From positions 1 to 64,000 of the IMG/VR virus record IMGVR_UViG_3300023179_006341: a stretch of 64,000 nucleotides of DNA; one strand, written 5' to 3'. This document shows, piece by piece, positions 1 through 9,928 of this stretch. The number at the start of each line of letters is the position of its first letter. Position 1 is the first letter of the stretch. The notes beneath the pieces are model-generated. The model was not told where the DNA came from, made no database searches, and saw only the letters and a program-made list of their open reading frames with translations. The stretch comes from a virus. The translations under genes were made by a program, and so were the position numbers.

Positions 1-567
1 AACATTGTATTAGGCAATACAGTACCTGCTATATTCAGTAATACAAGTGCTGCCAATGCTGCTAATTTCCAATTTGGTTTAACCACTACAAATATTACAA
101 CAGGCTCAAATGCTACAGCAGGTACAATTACAGGTAATTGGACATTAACAGCGGGTAGTCGTTGGAATGCTACATATGCTGACTTGGCAGAAAGATTTGA
201 AAGTGATGCACCTTATGAGGCAGGTACAGTTGTTGAATTAGGTGGCGAAAAAGAAATTACAGCAGTACGTTATGATTTAAGTGAAGATGTATTTGGCGTA
301 ATTTCTAATACTGCAGGTTACTTAATGAACGCAGGTGCAGGTGATGATTTAACACACCCTGCTGTTGCAGTAAGTGGACGTGTCGAGGTTAATGTGATTG
401 GTAAAGTGAAAAAAGGTCAACGTCTTGTAAGTGCAGGTAATGGTAAAGCTAGAGCAGCACTCAAACATGAAGCTTCACATTTGACAACAATTGGACGTGC
501 ACTACAAGATAAACTTACTGTGGGTGAAGGTAGAGTTTTGGCAGTAGTCAATGCTAAATTGAGTTAA
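1..567 (+). CDS. C-terminal part of tail fibre/spike protein with intramolecular-chaperone (peptidase G2-like) autocleavage domain; 5' end outside the window
   Basis: Frame is open from base 1; ATYADLAERF...GTVVELGGEKEIT...GVIS...PAVAVSGRV motif is typical of phage fibre C-terminal chaperone domains. Confidence 0.8.
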   Translation, partial: NIVLGNTVPAIFSNTSAANAANFQFGLTTTNITTGSNATAGTITGNWTLTAGSRWNATYADLAERFESDAPYEAGTVVELGGEKEITAVRYDLSEDVFGVISNTAGYLMNAGAGDDLTHPAVAVSGRVEVNVIGKVKKGQRLVSAGNGKARAALKHEASHLTTIGRALQDKLTVGEGRVLAVVNAKLS

Positions 568-577
568 TGGTGATACT

Positions 578-1459
578 ATGACATATTCACAAGGTGGTTT
601 AGTCCAAGCATCTGATCACAATAGTCGTGAAACGATTATCGAAGGCATTTGGGGTCCAGGCAGCGGCAGTCGTGGTTGGGGACAATCGTTACTAAGTCCT
701 GTTAGTGCAGGATCACTTGTGTACGCAGGTCCAGGTGGCTCTCCCGTAGAATGGGCAAAACTTATTCAAACCTTGAATTATATATCAATCCATGAAAACG
801 GTTCCTCAACAGGATTAAGTGTACCTACTACAGGTGATATTATTACTTGGTTATCTACTTTTGATGGTCAAATGGATACATTATGTGATACAGGTGCTAC
901 TAATAACCGATTTGGCACGTATGCTGCATTTAGCGATCAAGGTGCGGTATCAGGCTCACATACTTCAACATGGGGAAGTGGTGTACAATCTATTACTAAC
1001 ATTGCTACCGTAACATGGGGTAGTGCAGACCAAGCAAGATACTTTTTCAATGCAGGTGGTAGAGTAAATTTACAAATTTCTTATAGTGGTGGCAGTGGTA
1101 GTCCACAAGATAATAATTGGGCAACTGTTTGTAGCAATGCAGGTACGATGTGGTTACAAGCTGTTGCTGTAGGTGGTACTGCATCAGGCTCGTATGGATA
1201 TTGGCAAAGTGCAGGTAGAATGTACAGCGCAAATGGTTCAGGAGCATATAGCAGTAACACATTAACCGTTGATGTAAGTGGTCAAGGAACATCACAGCTA
1301 TCATTTACTACAGTGTTTACAGATAACCACACAAACGGTCCATGGTTTGATCAAGTGTCAGGTACTTTTACTGTAACGGTTACAGTTCGTCGCCCAACAA
1401 CAAATGGTCCTATCTCTGATACATGGGGCACTGCATCAGTAAGCGTACCAAACTTTTAA
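578..1459 (+). CDS. virion structural (tail-associated) protein
   Basis: G/S/T-rich; ARYFFNAGG motif seen in T4-like tail-region proteins; follows the fibre gene. Confidence 0.55.
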   Translation: MTYSQGGLVQASDHNSRETIIEGIWGPGSGSRGWGQSLLSPVSAGSLVYAGPGGSPVEWAKLIQTLNYISIHENGSSTGLSVPTTGDIITWLSTFDGQMDTLCDTGATNNRFGTYAAFSDQGAVSGSHTSTWGSGVQSITNIATVTWGSADQARYFFNAGGRVNLQISYSGGSGSPQDNNWATVCSNAGTMWLQAVAVGGTASGSYGYWQSAGRMYSANGSGAYSSNTLTVDVSGQGTSQLSFTTVFTDNHTNGPWFDQVSGTFTVTVTVRRPTTNGPISDTWGTASVSVPNF

Positions 1460-1492
1460 TTTTTACCATCAACTATTACATTAAATAGTTGA

Positions 1493-1801
1493 ATGGAAAC
1501 ACAACAAATTATTCAAACCGTAAAGCATCGTTACGATCAACGATTGCATAAAAATTTACTTGAAGAAAAATATAGAAATAAGCTACTTGTAACTGCACAA
1601 AATGGTTATTGGTTATGCTCTCCTACATTAATTGCATTTTTATCAGTAGAATCTTTAGGTAGTGAAATTTATGCTCAAGATGAATATAAAAATGTTTTAC
1701 TCGTCAATCGTGTAGAATTGCTTAATAGCGTGGTTGCTAATTATAATCAAGCTATGACTATGTGGGCAAAAGAATTAGAAGAGCTAAAAACAAAACGATG
1801 A
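1493..1801 (+). CDS. hypothetical protein, first gene of the glycosyltransferase-like operon
   Basis: ORF preceded by TAAATA (1482-1487) 5 nt before ATG; overlaps next start. Confidence 0.7.
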   Translation: METQQIIQTVKHRYDQRLHKNLLEEKYRNKLLVTAQNGYWLCSPTLIAFLSVESLGSEIYAQDEYKNVLLVNRVELLNSVVANYNQAMTMWAKELEELKTKR

Positions 1802-2592
1802 ACCGTGGCATTGTTATCGTAGCTCATGATACAGAATATATTGAGTACACAAAAATTGCAAAGTTTTGTGCTCGACAGGCAGCACATTATCTACAATTAC
1901 CTATAACTTTAATAACAGATAACCCATGCTCGGATCCTATTTTTGATCAAGTTATTACATCAAAAAACGATCATTATCAGTATAGGTCTTTTGGTGCTGA
2001 TGGTAAAAAATGGAAAAATTTTAATCGTTGTAATGTATACGATTTAACACCATATGATCATACATTAATGATTGATTGTGATTATATCATCAATTCAACA
2101 CAACTTAATCAATTATGGAAATTAGATAAAAGTTTTTTATGTCATGGCACAAGCACAGGTATCAGTAAACATATTGGAGCTATAACAGAAAAAGTAGGGC
2201 AATACGATCTTAATCTTGTTTGGGCAACCGTTGTTATGTTTAAAAAAGATGAGTTTTCTAAAGCAATTTTTGATATGTGGAAAATGATTCAACAAAATTA
2301 TGTGTACTATGCAGCACTATTTAAGTTTAACAACCAATTATTTCGCAACGATTATGCACTAAGTATTGCGTTAAATACCGTTACAGGGCATTTGGGATAT
2401 GAAGATTGTCTAATTCAATACCCACTTATCAATGTTTTCCAAGATGTAGATATAAAAAAATCTGATAATGGTTATGAATTTTTTTACGAAAAATCTGTAT
2501 CAAGTATGTATCGTCCATACAAAGTGCAATTAGACAATATAGATTTACATATGATGAATAAAGAAAAGTTGTTGGAGTTAATTAATGAATAA
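1798..2592 (+). CDS. GT-A fold glycosyltransferase-like protein
   Basis: Likely start MNRGIVIV at 1798; YDLTPYDHTLMIDCDY (DxD), WATVVMFKK, RNDYALSIA. Confidence 0.65.
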   Translation: MNRGIVIVAHDTEYIEYTKIAKFCARQAAHYLQLPITLITDNPCSDPIFDQVITSKNDHYQYRSFGADGKKWKNFNRCNVYDLTPYDHTLMIDCDYIINSTQLNQLWKLDKSFLCHGTSTGISKHIGAITEKVGQYDLNLVWATVVMFKKDEFSKAIFDMWKMIQQNYVYYAALFKFNNQLFRNDYALSIALNTVTGHLGYEDCLIQYPLINVFQDVDIKKSDNGYEFFYEKSVSSMYRPYKVQLDNIDLHMMNKEKLLELINE

Positions 2593-3388
2593 AGGTATTG
2601 CTATACTAGCACAGAATAACTCAACAACAAACTATGTACAATGTGCTATTGTTTTGGCAAAAAGTATACGTAAGACCAATCCTACATTACCTATTGCACT
2701 TATCACAAATCACACTGTGACTAATACATGTTTTGATTATGTTATACCGTTACCATATGGTGATGTAGCCACTGAAGAATGGAAATTGTCTAATGATTGG
2801 CAAATATACGAAGCTAGCCCTTTTGATCAAACAATAAAAGTCGAAGCTGATGTACTAATGACTAGAGATATTTCAAATTGGTTTGATATATGTTCAAAAC
2901 AAGATTTAGTTATTGCACAAGGTTGCGTTGATTATAAAAATGAAATATCAACATCTAGGTTTTATCGTCAATTATTTGACAAAAATCAATTACCTGATTT
3001 GTACAATGGCATTACCTATTTCAAAAAATCAAGTACAGCAGAAGAATTTTTTAAATTAGTACGTTATATTTTTGAACATTGGGAAGATTTTAGAAGTACA
3101 TTGAAATATTGTGCCATGAGTGAACCTGCTACAACTGACATTGTTTATGCTATTGCTACATTGTGTATAGGTGAAGAAAAATGTTTATTACCTAACAGTG
3201 TAAATCCACTAAAATGGGCGCATATGAAGCCTAGAATTATTAACACGTTTAGTGATGATTGGACAAAAGAGTGTTTTTTTGAAATATTAAGTAGTGGTCA
3301 AGTGCGTGTTAATAGTTATAGCCAATATTATCCACTCCACTATGTTCATAAGAATTTAGCAAATCATTTTGAGAAGTATTATGACTAG
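2585..3388 (+). CDS. GT-A fold glycosyltransferase-like protein, paralog of the upstream gene
   Basis: KGIAILAQN...YEASPFDQTIKVEAD (ExD), YNGITYFKKS. Confidence 0.65.
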   Translation: MNKGIAILAQNNSTTNYVQCAIVLAKSIRKTNPTLPIALITNHTVTNTCFDYVIPLPYGDVATEEWKLSNDWQIYEASPFDQTIKVEADVLMTRDISNWFDICSKQDLVIAQGCVDYKNEISTSRFYRQLFDKNQLPDLYNGITYFKKSSTAEEFFKLVRYIFEHWEDFRSTLKYCAMSEPATTDIVYAIATLCIGEEKCLLPNSVNPLKWAHMKPRIINTFSDDWTKECFFEILSSGQVRVNSYSQYYPLHYVHKNLANHFEKYYD

Positions 3389-3743
3389 TATTGAAGATAT
3401 TATTGAAGCATTTAAATTAATTAGTGAAGTCCAACCTATACAATATGAGTATAGGTTATATTATGATAAGACAAATGGTGTACCATTAAAATATTCTGTT
3501 GAAGATGAGGGTGGTGATTATATTGTAATTTCTAAAAAAGATTATGAAGAAGCTAGTTTTTTAGTAAAAGTTGTCAATAACAAATTAATAAAACCTGTGC
3601 ACCCAAGATTTTTGATTATGCATGAATCTACAGGTGGTTTTACAGTAGACCCATATGATTGGACAGTATTAGTTGATCCTGATGAACCTCATTTGTTTGT
3701 TGATACCGTTAAAGTTGAAGACATACAATATGACAATCATTGA
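3381..3743 (+). CDS. hypothetical protein
   Basis: ATG at 3381 overlaps the previous stop; EYRLYYD motif; operonic. Confidence 0.65.
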   Translation: MTSIEDIIEAFKLISEVQPIQYEYRLYYDKTNGVPLKYSVEDEGGDYIVISKKDYEEASFLVKVVNNKLIKPVHPRFLIMHESTGGFTVDPYDWTVLVDPDEPHLFVDTVKVEDIQYDNH

Positions 3744-4653
3744 TATTGCAGACTTAGACGTAATATATCTTACCTACGATGAACCACAGAAAGAGGAGTT
3801 TTGGCTTAAGATCAAGCACATGATTCATTGGGCAAAACGAATAGATGGAGTATATGGTAGTGACGCTGCACACAAAGCTGCTGCCATAGCAAGCGAAACA
3901 GAACGTTTTATTCTTATAGATGGCGATAATTTACCACACGAAGATTTTTTTAATTTACAACTTGAATTAGATGAATTTAGTTATTATGCACAATTTCGTT
4001 GGCGAGCAAAAAATAATGTCAATCATTTATATTATGGTAATGGTGGTTTAAGTTGTTGGACAAAAGAACATGTTTTAAACATGAAAACACATGAAAATAC
4101 TGATGGGTCGCATCAAACCATTGTTGAATTTTGTTTTGATCCACTCTATTGGGCAATGCATGATTGTTATAGTACTACTTACATTAATTTCACACCAAAG
4201 CAAGCGTGGCGAGCAGGATTTCGTGAGGGTGTAAAACTTTGTTTAAAAGAAGGCAAAAAACCAAATTCGATTATTGATTTTAATGAACAGGTATGGGCAA
4301 AAAATTTACAAAGTTTAAACATTTGGCAAAATCTTGGACGTGATGTAGACAATGGTTGGTATGCTATGTATGGTGCTAGAATGGGCACATATTACCTAAT
4401 GTTAAAAGATTGGGATTATGCTAACGTGCGTGATTTTAAATATCTTGACGAACTATGGCAAGAAATAAGTGATTGTACCAATGAAGATAGTATAAGATTA
4501 GGTGAAATACTTAAGTATGATTTAGGGTTGGATATTGTTGAACTTAATGGTAATCAAAGTAAATTTTTTAAAAATTATATCAGTCAACATTGGCATAATC
4601 GTGGTTGTATGATTAAAGAAATTGATGTGATTCGTGAAATTGAAGGTTGGTAA
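3730..4653 (+). CDS. GT2-like glycosyltransferase-family phage protein
   Basis: Start MTIIDIAD at 3730; DVIYLTYDEP...RIDGVYGSDAAHKAAA...FILIDGDN (DxD)...YGNGG...AWRAGFREGVKL. Confidence 0.65.
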   Translation: MTIIDIADLDVIYLTYDEPQKEEFWLKIKHMIHWAKRIDGVYGSDAAHKAAAIASETERFILIDGDNLPHEDFFNLQLELDEFSYYAQFRWRAKNNVNHLYYGNGGLSCWTKEHVLNMKTHENTDGSHQTIVEFCFDPLYWAMHDCYSTTYINFTPKQAWRAGFREGVKLCLKEGKKPNSIIDFNEQVWAKNLQSLNIWQNLGRDVDNGWYAMYGARMGTYYLMLKDWDYANVRDFKYLDELWQEISDCTNEDSIRLGEILKYDLGLDIVELNGNQSKFFKNYISQHWHNRGCMIKEIDVIREIEGW

Positions 4654-4668
4654 AAAAGGTGATTGTAA

Positions 4669-5367
4669 ATGTTATTTCCTAAAAGATTATGTATTATTGG
4701 TTTACCTCGTAGTGGTAGCCAATATCTTGTTGAACTATTAAAAAACAATGCTACAAATCGTTATACTGATTTGAAAGAACCATTTACGTATAACTTACCA
4801 CGCATTGTTGTAGATGATAACTTGCAATTATCTATTGAAAGTTTTCCCTCTATCTACGATTTGTACCAAGATCGTGTCATATACACAAATAACGTATTAC
4901 GCAGTGGTGATATTAATCAATCAATTATTATGCGATTGTTTATTGTGCCTGAAATAGAAACTATGCTATACGATACCATACATAATCTAGTGCAAAAAGA
5001 TTTTGCATTTTTTATACTTAAACGTAAAAATGTTATCAATCATATTCTTAGTATAGGTATTGCAGACGCACGTAATCAATATAAATTAATATGGAGTGAA
5101 CCATATGACCATACACCTGTAAAAGTTACAAACTTTCAATTAATGAGATGGTTACACCAAAGTATCAAAAAATATGAAAAATTAATTGAAGAAAATGATA
5201 TCAGTGGACAAGAAATTTTTTATGAAACTGCAATAGAAGATCTTGCTCGCATTTATGATATGCCCATAAATATTTGTTTACCAATAAAAAAACAAGTCAT
5301 TGGTGATCCTTACGATCATATTATTAACAAAGATGAAGTAAAAGAATTTATATTAAACTTAGAATGA
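4669..5367 (+). CDS. sulfotransferase-like protein (Stf0-type, PAPS-binding loop)
   Basis: IIGLPRSGSQYL 5'-PSB loop; LKRKNVINHILS 3'-PB-like motif; IFYE. Confidence 0.65.
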   Translation: MLFPKRLCIIGLPRSGSQYLVELLKNNATNRYTDLKEPFTYNLPRIVVDDNLQLSIESFPSIYDLYQDRVIYTNNVLRSGDINQSIIMRLFIVPEIETMLYDTIHNLVQKDFAFFILKRKNVINHILSIGIADARNQYKLIWSEPYDHTPVKVTNFQLMRWLHQSIKKYEKLIEENDISGQEIFYETAIEDLARIYDMPINICLPIKKQVIGDPYDHIINKDEVKEFILNLE

Positions 5368-6314
5368 AAAAGTATATTAAACTAGTACATAATGAACCAC
5401 ATTGTGAAGATTGGTTTGTTGTAAATTGGTGTATAGGAAATACATGTAATTATTCTTGTAGCTATTGTCCAAGCGGATTACATGATGGCAGTAAAGGATG
5501 GCCTGATCCTAACACCGTAAAACAATTTATTGCAAAAATTGCTGAACAAACATTCCCCAAAAAAATTTATTTTGAATTTACAGGTGGTGAAGTTACACTA
5601 TGGAAACACTTTATTGATATTTGTCAATTTTGCAACGATTTAAATATAAAAATTGGATTGATTAGTAATGGTAGTAGAACAATAAGATATTGGGAAGAAA
5701 ATAAACAATATTTTGATCATATTTGTTTATCGTTTCATCCTGAAGAAGCAGATCCTAAACATTTTATGGAAGTCATTAAAACAGTTCATAAAGATTTGCG
5801 AACTCATGTTAATATCATGATGAGTCCTGATAAGTTTGATGAATGTTATGTTTTAGCTACTAAGATTAAGGATTTAGGTGATTTAAGTATGGCATTGCAG
5901 CCATTGATTCATGATTTTGGTGATACATTGTATGACTATACTCCAACTCAAAATAAGATATTTGAAAAGCAATATGACTTAATTGTCAAACCTATTAAGT
6001 TTACCAAGCATTTTGACTTTTATCGTGGTGTTATGAAAAAGATTTATACTGATCAATCAGAAGAAGTTATTTCAGGGCATCGATGTATAGTTGAAAAAAG
6101 TAATAATTGGTTTAATTGGGATTGTTACGCAGGAGTAGAACAAATCGTGGTTGATATGGATGGTGAAATATTTCGTGGATGGTGCAAAGAAGGTGGTTCA
6201 CTAGGTCATATTAGTGATAGAGACTTTCATATACCACGTGACCCTGTTATATGTGGTAAAACAATGTGCCATTGTAATTTTGATATTATGTGCACAAAAG
6301 AATTAGTAGAATGA
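5364..6314 (+). CDS. radical SAM protein with C-terminal twitch/SPASM-like Fe-S domain
   Basis: CNYSCSYC, FTGGEVT, ISNGSR; C-terminal CYAG...WC...ICGKTMCHC. Confidence 0.9.
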   Translation: MKKYIKLVHNEPHCEDWFVVNWCIGNTCNYSCSYCPSGLHDGSKGWPDPNTVKQFIAKIAEQTFPKKIYFEFTGGEVTLWKHFIDICQFCNDLNIKIGLISNGSRTIRYWEENKQYFDHICLSFHPEEADPKHFMEVIKTVHKDLRTHVNIMMSPDKFDECYVLATKIKDLGDLSMALQPLIHDFGDTLYDYTPTQNKIFEKQYDLIVKPIKFTKHFDFYRGVMKKIYTDQSEEVISGHRCIVEKSNNWFNWDCYAGVEQIVVDMDGEIFRGWCKEGGSLGHISDRDFHIPRDPVICGKTMCHCNFDIMCTKELVE

Positions 6315-7468
6315 GTGATAAACGATTTTGCCCACTACCATGGATAAATTTATCACTTGACGTAAATGGTAGCACTAGACCATGCTGTCGTTATCACCAA
6401 CCTAATAGACAACAAGAATATAAACTACCATTTATTAAAGAAGATAAGCTAGATCGTTTATACAATAATCAACAATGGCAAAATTTGCGACAAGCATTTA
6501 TTGATGGTGTCGAACCATCTGAGTGTAAAATGTGTTGGGATGATGAAGCAGGTGGTGTAAAAAGCTATCGACAAAATTTTGTTGAGTCTAAAAACATTGA
6601 TATCACCAATGTCAATTTTAATTCAACCACTGTGCAATCTCCTATTACCCTAGATTTAAAATTAAACAATGTTTGTAACTTAAAGTGCCGTATTTGCGGC
6701 CCACAAGCTAGCTCAACATACGCAAAAGAACATAAGATATTATACCCTGCTAATTTATTAGACTATGATTATTGGACACAAGATAAAATAACAAATACTA
6801 CACATGAAGAAGTATTGGTTGATTGGGCAAATCATATTCAACACATTGAAATGACAGGTGGTGAACCAATGAATAGCCCAGAAAATGTAAAAGTGTTAAA
6901 ATTAATCAATGACGCATCAACACTATCAGACAAAACAATGTTGATTAATACTAACGTCACACAATGGAATCAATCATTGATTAATTATTTACTTAAGTTT
7001 AAGAAAAGCACCTTATGCTTAAGCGTGGATGATTTATATGAACGACAAGAATATCATCGTTTCCCAAGCAAATGGCAAGATATTACAAAAAACGTTGATA
7101 AATTTATATCATTAACACAACAGTACAATAATATAGAAGTTATACTATTTTGCACAGTAAGCGTGTTTAATGTATATTTTTTGAATGAGTATCAAGAATG
7201 GGCAGATAGTAAAGGCTTAACAGTGTATTATAATTTGTTACATACCCATGAGAAGTATTGTATACGAAATTTACCTAATCCTGCTAAAAAAGAAGTTGAA
7301 AGTAAGCTAAACAATACTTTTACTAAAGTGATTAATTTTTTACAATTACCAAGGAATGAATATTATTGGCAGCAGTTTTGTGATGAAGTAGAAAACTTAG
7401 ATGAATTTCGTGAGCAAAATTTTGTAAACACTTACCCACAATGGAGTAAAATTTTAGGAATCATGTAA
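6311..7468 (+). CDS. radical SAM protein with N-terminal twitch-like domain
   Basis: Start MSDKRFCPLPW; RPCC, CKMCW; CNLKCRIC; TGGEP; NTN. Confidence 0.9.
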   Translation: MSDKRFCPLPWINLSLDVNGSTRPCCRYHQPNRQQEYKLPFIKEDKLDRLYNNQQWQNLRQAFIDGVEPSECKMCWDDEAGGVKSYRQNFVESKNIDITNVNFNSTTVQSPITLDLKLNNVCNLKCRICGPQASSTYAKEHKILYPANLLDYDYWTQDKITNTTHEEVLVDWANHIQHIEMTGGEPMNSPENVKVLKLINDASTLSDKTMLINTNVTQWNQSLINYLLKFKKSTLCLSVDDLYERQEYHRFPSKWQDITKNVDKFISLTQQYNNIEVILFCTVSVFNVYFLNEYQEWADSKGLTVYYNLLHTHEKYCIRNLPNPAKKEVESKLNNTFTKVINFLQLPRNEYYWQQFCDEVENLDEFREQNFVNTYPQWSKILGIM

Positions 7469-7470
7469 AA

Positions 7471-8823
7471 TCAATCAATCCATTGAGCAAATTCAGGAAA
7501 TAACGATAGGAAGTCTGTATTTCTGCGTTGGTCTAAGGTACTAAAGTATACATAAATTTCTTCTGCTGTATCTTTACATTGTATCATAGTAGGATTTTTT
7601 TCAATGCCATCACGTGTTGTTATTAAGAAATCTCTAAAATCACACCAATTAGTGTATGATTTATGGTTACGATAAAGGTCGTTATTAATCAGTTCATCAA
7701 ATACTTTAATAGGTTGGTCTAAAAACCTAGCAAATTCTTTAGGTGCTTTAAGCGGACTTTGCTCTTTGGGCCAAGTTACAATATTACGATGTATTTCAAA
7801 AGGATAATATTGTTCTACACATTCTTTAAAATAATTAAGATAATTTATAAATGATGGTAAACCAAGCAAGTTTAAACATGGCATAAAGTTAATTGTTACC
7901 ATGTCAGGCATTTGCAACAATGTTTCTAAATTATGTTTAAATCGTTTCCATTTTACACCGTATCTTATGTATTCAAGTTCATCCCCAATATTTTCACCAC
8001 TTACTTGTATAATGATATCAAAATGTTCACGTAATTTTGGTAGATAATTTAAAAACTTTTTAAAGTAAGCTTCGGGAGTGTTTAAATTGGTTGTAATACA
8101 TAATTCAATTTTTGGATAATAGTCATCATTTAGTATATTGTGAAATGGTTCAGTACGTGGATATTTGGTGTGTATGTTAATTAATTCTTCAAAGCATTCG
8201 TAAATTAAATCAGTTATAAGCGGTTCACCACCTATAAAACCAAACCTAAGTAATTGCTTCATACCTATATTTTTGTACCATTCCCAAAAAAGTTTTTCAA
8301 CTTCAGGGTTGCGTGAACCAATTTGACTACTTTCTCTAGTCATTGGTATATTAAATTTTTTCTTTTCTGCATACCATTGTGTGCTATAATGTTCACTACA
8401 ATAAGTGCATTTTGCATCACATGTATTGTTTAAGACTATCTCAATAATATTGGAATATGAACTTAATTGTAAGGTTGGGTTAGTTAAGTCTTGTTTTGAT
8501 TTTGGTGTGATTTGAACATTTCTGTGCATGTATTGCTCAAATTTTGTGTCATTTCTTGCACTTTTAAAACCTTTATTTTCTATGCTCCAACATGTATTAC
8601 AATCACTATGTTGCTCATTGTTAAGTAAACTTTTTCTTCGTTCTTGATGTTTGGGTAAGTTAGAAAATAAATCATAACCTAATGTGTGATATATTTCGGG
8701 GGTAATCTTGGTACGTTCTGTTCTGCAACAATAAGTAAAGCTTGGTTCACTGATATAGAACATCAAGTAGTCCCAAGCATAATTACACAGTGTATTAGGA
8801 CGTTCAGGATAGATTGGTATCAT
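7471..8823 (-). CDS. radical SAM protein with N-terminal twitch-like domain
   Basis: CNYAW...YCC...CNTCW; CDAKCTYC; IGGEP; TTN. Confidence 0.9.
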   Translation of the reverse strand: MIPIYPERPNTLCNYAWDYLMFYISEPSFTYCCRTERTKITPEIYHTLGYDLFSNLPKHQERRKSLLNNEQHSDCNTCWSIENKGFKSARNDTKFEQYMHRNVQITPKSKQDLTNPTLQLSSYSNIIEIVLNNTCDAKCTYCSEHYSTQWYAEKKKFNIPMTRESSQIGSRNPEVEKLFWEWYKNIGMKQLLRFGFIGGEPLITDLIYECFEELINIHTKYPRTEPFHNILNDDYYPKIELCITTNLNTPEAYFKKFLNYLPKLREHFDIIIQVSGENIGDELEYIRYGVKWKRFKHNLETLLQMPDMVTINFMPCLNLLGLPSFINYLNYFKECVEQYYPFEIHRNIVTWPKEQSPLKAPKEFARFLDQPIKVFDELINNDLYRNHKSYTNWCDFRDFLITTRDGIEKNPTMIQCKDTAEEIYVYFSTLDQRRNTDFLSLFPEFAQWID

Positions 8824-9887
8824 TTACGATCACCGAACAAAACAAAATGTTCAGGTGCGTAGCCTTCCATAATTTCCTCCCAATTTTTTGTAATTTTAGA
8901 TTGGTCAGGTGTTGCAAATTTATTTTGCATACTACCACGAATAGGCACAAATGCCCATGTACATAATTCAGTAAAATGTGCAATACTTTTAAGTTCTTCT
9001 TCTAAGCTAAGAGCTTCATCCACAAATTGTGGTGGCATCATAAATTTCACTTCTAAATGTCCAACATTGCGATTACCATGTTTTGATTTTTCGCTAGCAA
9101 TAGCTTCAACTACTTTAACAAATTTTGGTCTATCATAAAACTCAAAATGCACTGATAAATTAAGGTCACCAAAATGTATAAGTTCACGATAATAATCAGG
9201 TTTTCTTGAACCATTACTATGTAAACTAATGTGATGACCAAATGCGTTAAGGTAACGTAACCAATCTATAAAATCTTTGTTAGTAGTAGGTTCACCACCA
9301 CTTATAATAAAGTTAACACTTTCACCTTTAATAAACTTTTCTTCTAATAAATTAGTTGCTTTGATTAAGTCTGCTAATGGTTTGTGTGGGTCAGTATTAT
9401 TGTGTATCCAAGGCCAACAATAAGAACAATCATAATTACAACGTCTACCAATTTCCCAATAAATTTGTTTTTGACTACTAACATGTGTGCGTTCTAATGC
9501 AACAAATTCTGTTAGTGTTGGATCATTCTTATCCATTTGAGTGGGTAATTCTGCACTTTGTCGTAGTAAGAATATTGTTTTTTCATTGGTTGCTTTTGGT
9601 ATGAATAAATCTGCGCCACATGAACACACATTTTGTGTACAATCAATCCAAGTATTTGGTACATTAAATGTATTCCATACACTACCTAGTTTGCCACCTA
9701 CTCTACAGCTTGCAGTCCAAACATAACCATCCATGTCGATAAACAAGCTATCTACACCTGCGCCACACTTCCATCCTAATAAATGGTTAAGTTTAGCTCC
9801 AACAAGTTCGTCTGTGCTCCAATCTCTCCAATGTCCTAGTTCATTATATGTTCTAATCGGTTTACCCGCAGTTTTGTGTAATGTCAT
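8820..9887 (-). CDS. radical SAM protein with the SPASM/twitch domain at the N-terminus (permuted relative to 5364..6314)
   Basis: WKCGAG...ASC...CTQNVCSC precedes CNYDCSYC, ISGGEP, HSNGSR. Confidence 0.9.
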   Translation of the reverse strand: MTLHKTAGKPIRTYNELGHWRDWSTDELVGAKLNHLLGWKCGAGVDSLFIDMDGYVWTASCRVGGKLGSVWNTFNVPNTWIDCTQNVCSCGADLFIPKATNEKTIFLLRQSAELPTQMDKNDPTLTEFVALERTHVSSQKQIYWEIGRRCNYDCSYCWPWIHNNTDPHKPLADLIKATNLLEEKFIKGESVNFIISGGEPTTNKDFIDWLRYLNAFGHHISLHSNGSRKPDYYRELIHFGDLNLSVHFEFYDRPKFVKVVEAIASEKSKHGNRNVGHLEVKFMMPPQFVDEALSLEEELKSIAHFTELCTWAFVPIRGSMQNKFATPDQSKITKNWEEIMEGYAPEHFVLFGDRK

Positions 9888-9892
9888 AGCAA

Positions 9893-9924
9893 TATTTATT
9901 GATGTAAACCCACATAATTAAATA
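9893..9924. promoter_or_regulatory. back-to-back T4-type late promoters
   Basis: TAAATA on the minus strand at 9893-9898 (5 nt from ATG 9887) and on the plus strand at 9919-9924 (4 nt from ATG 9929). Confidence 0.75.
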
Positions 9925-9928
9925 ATAG

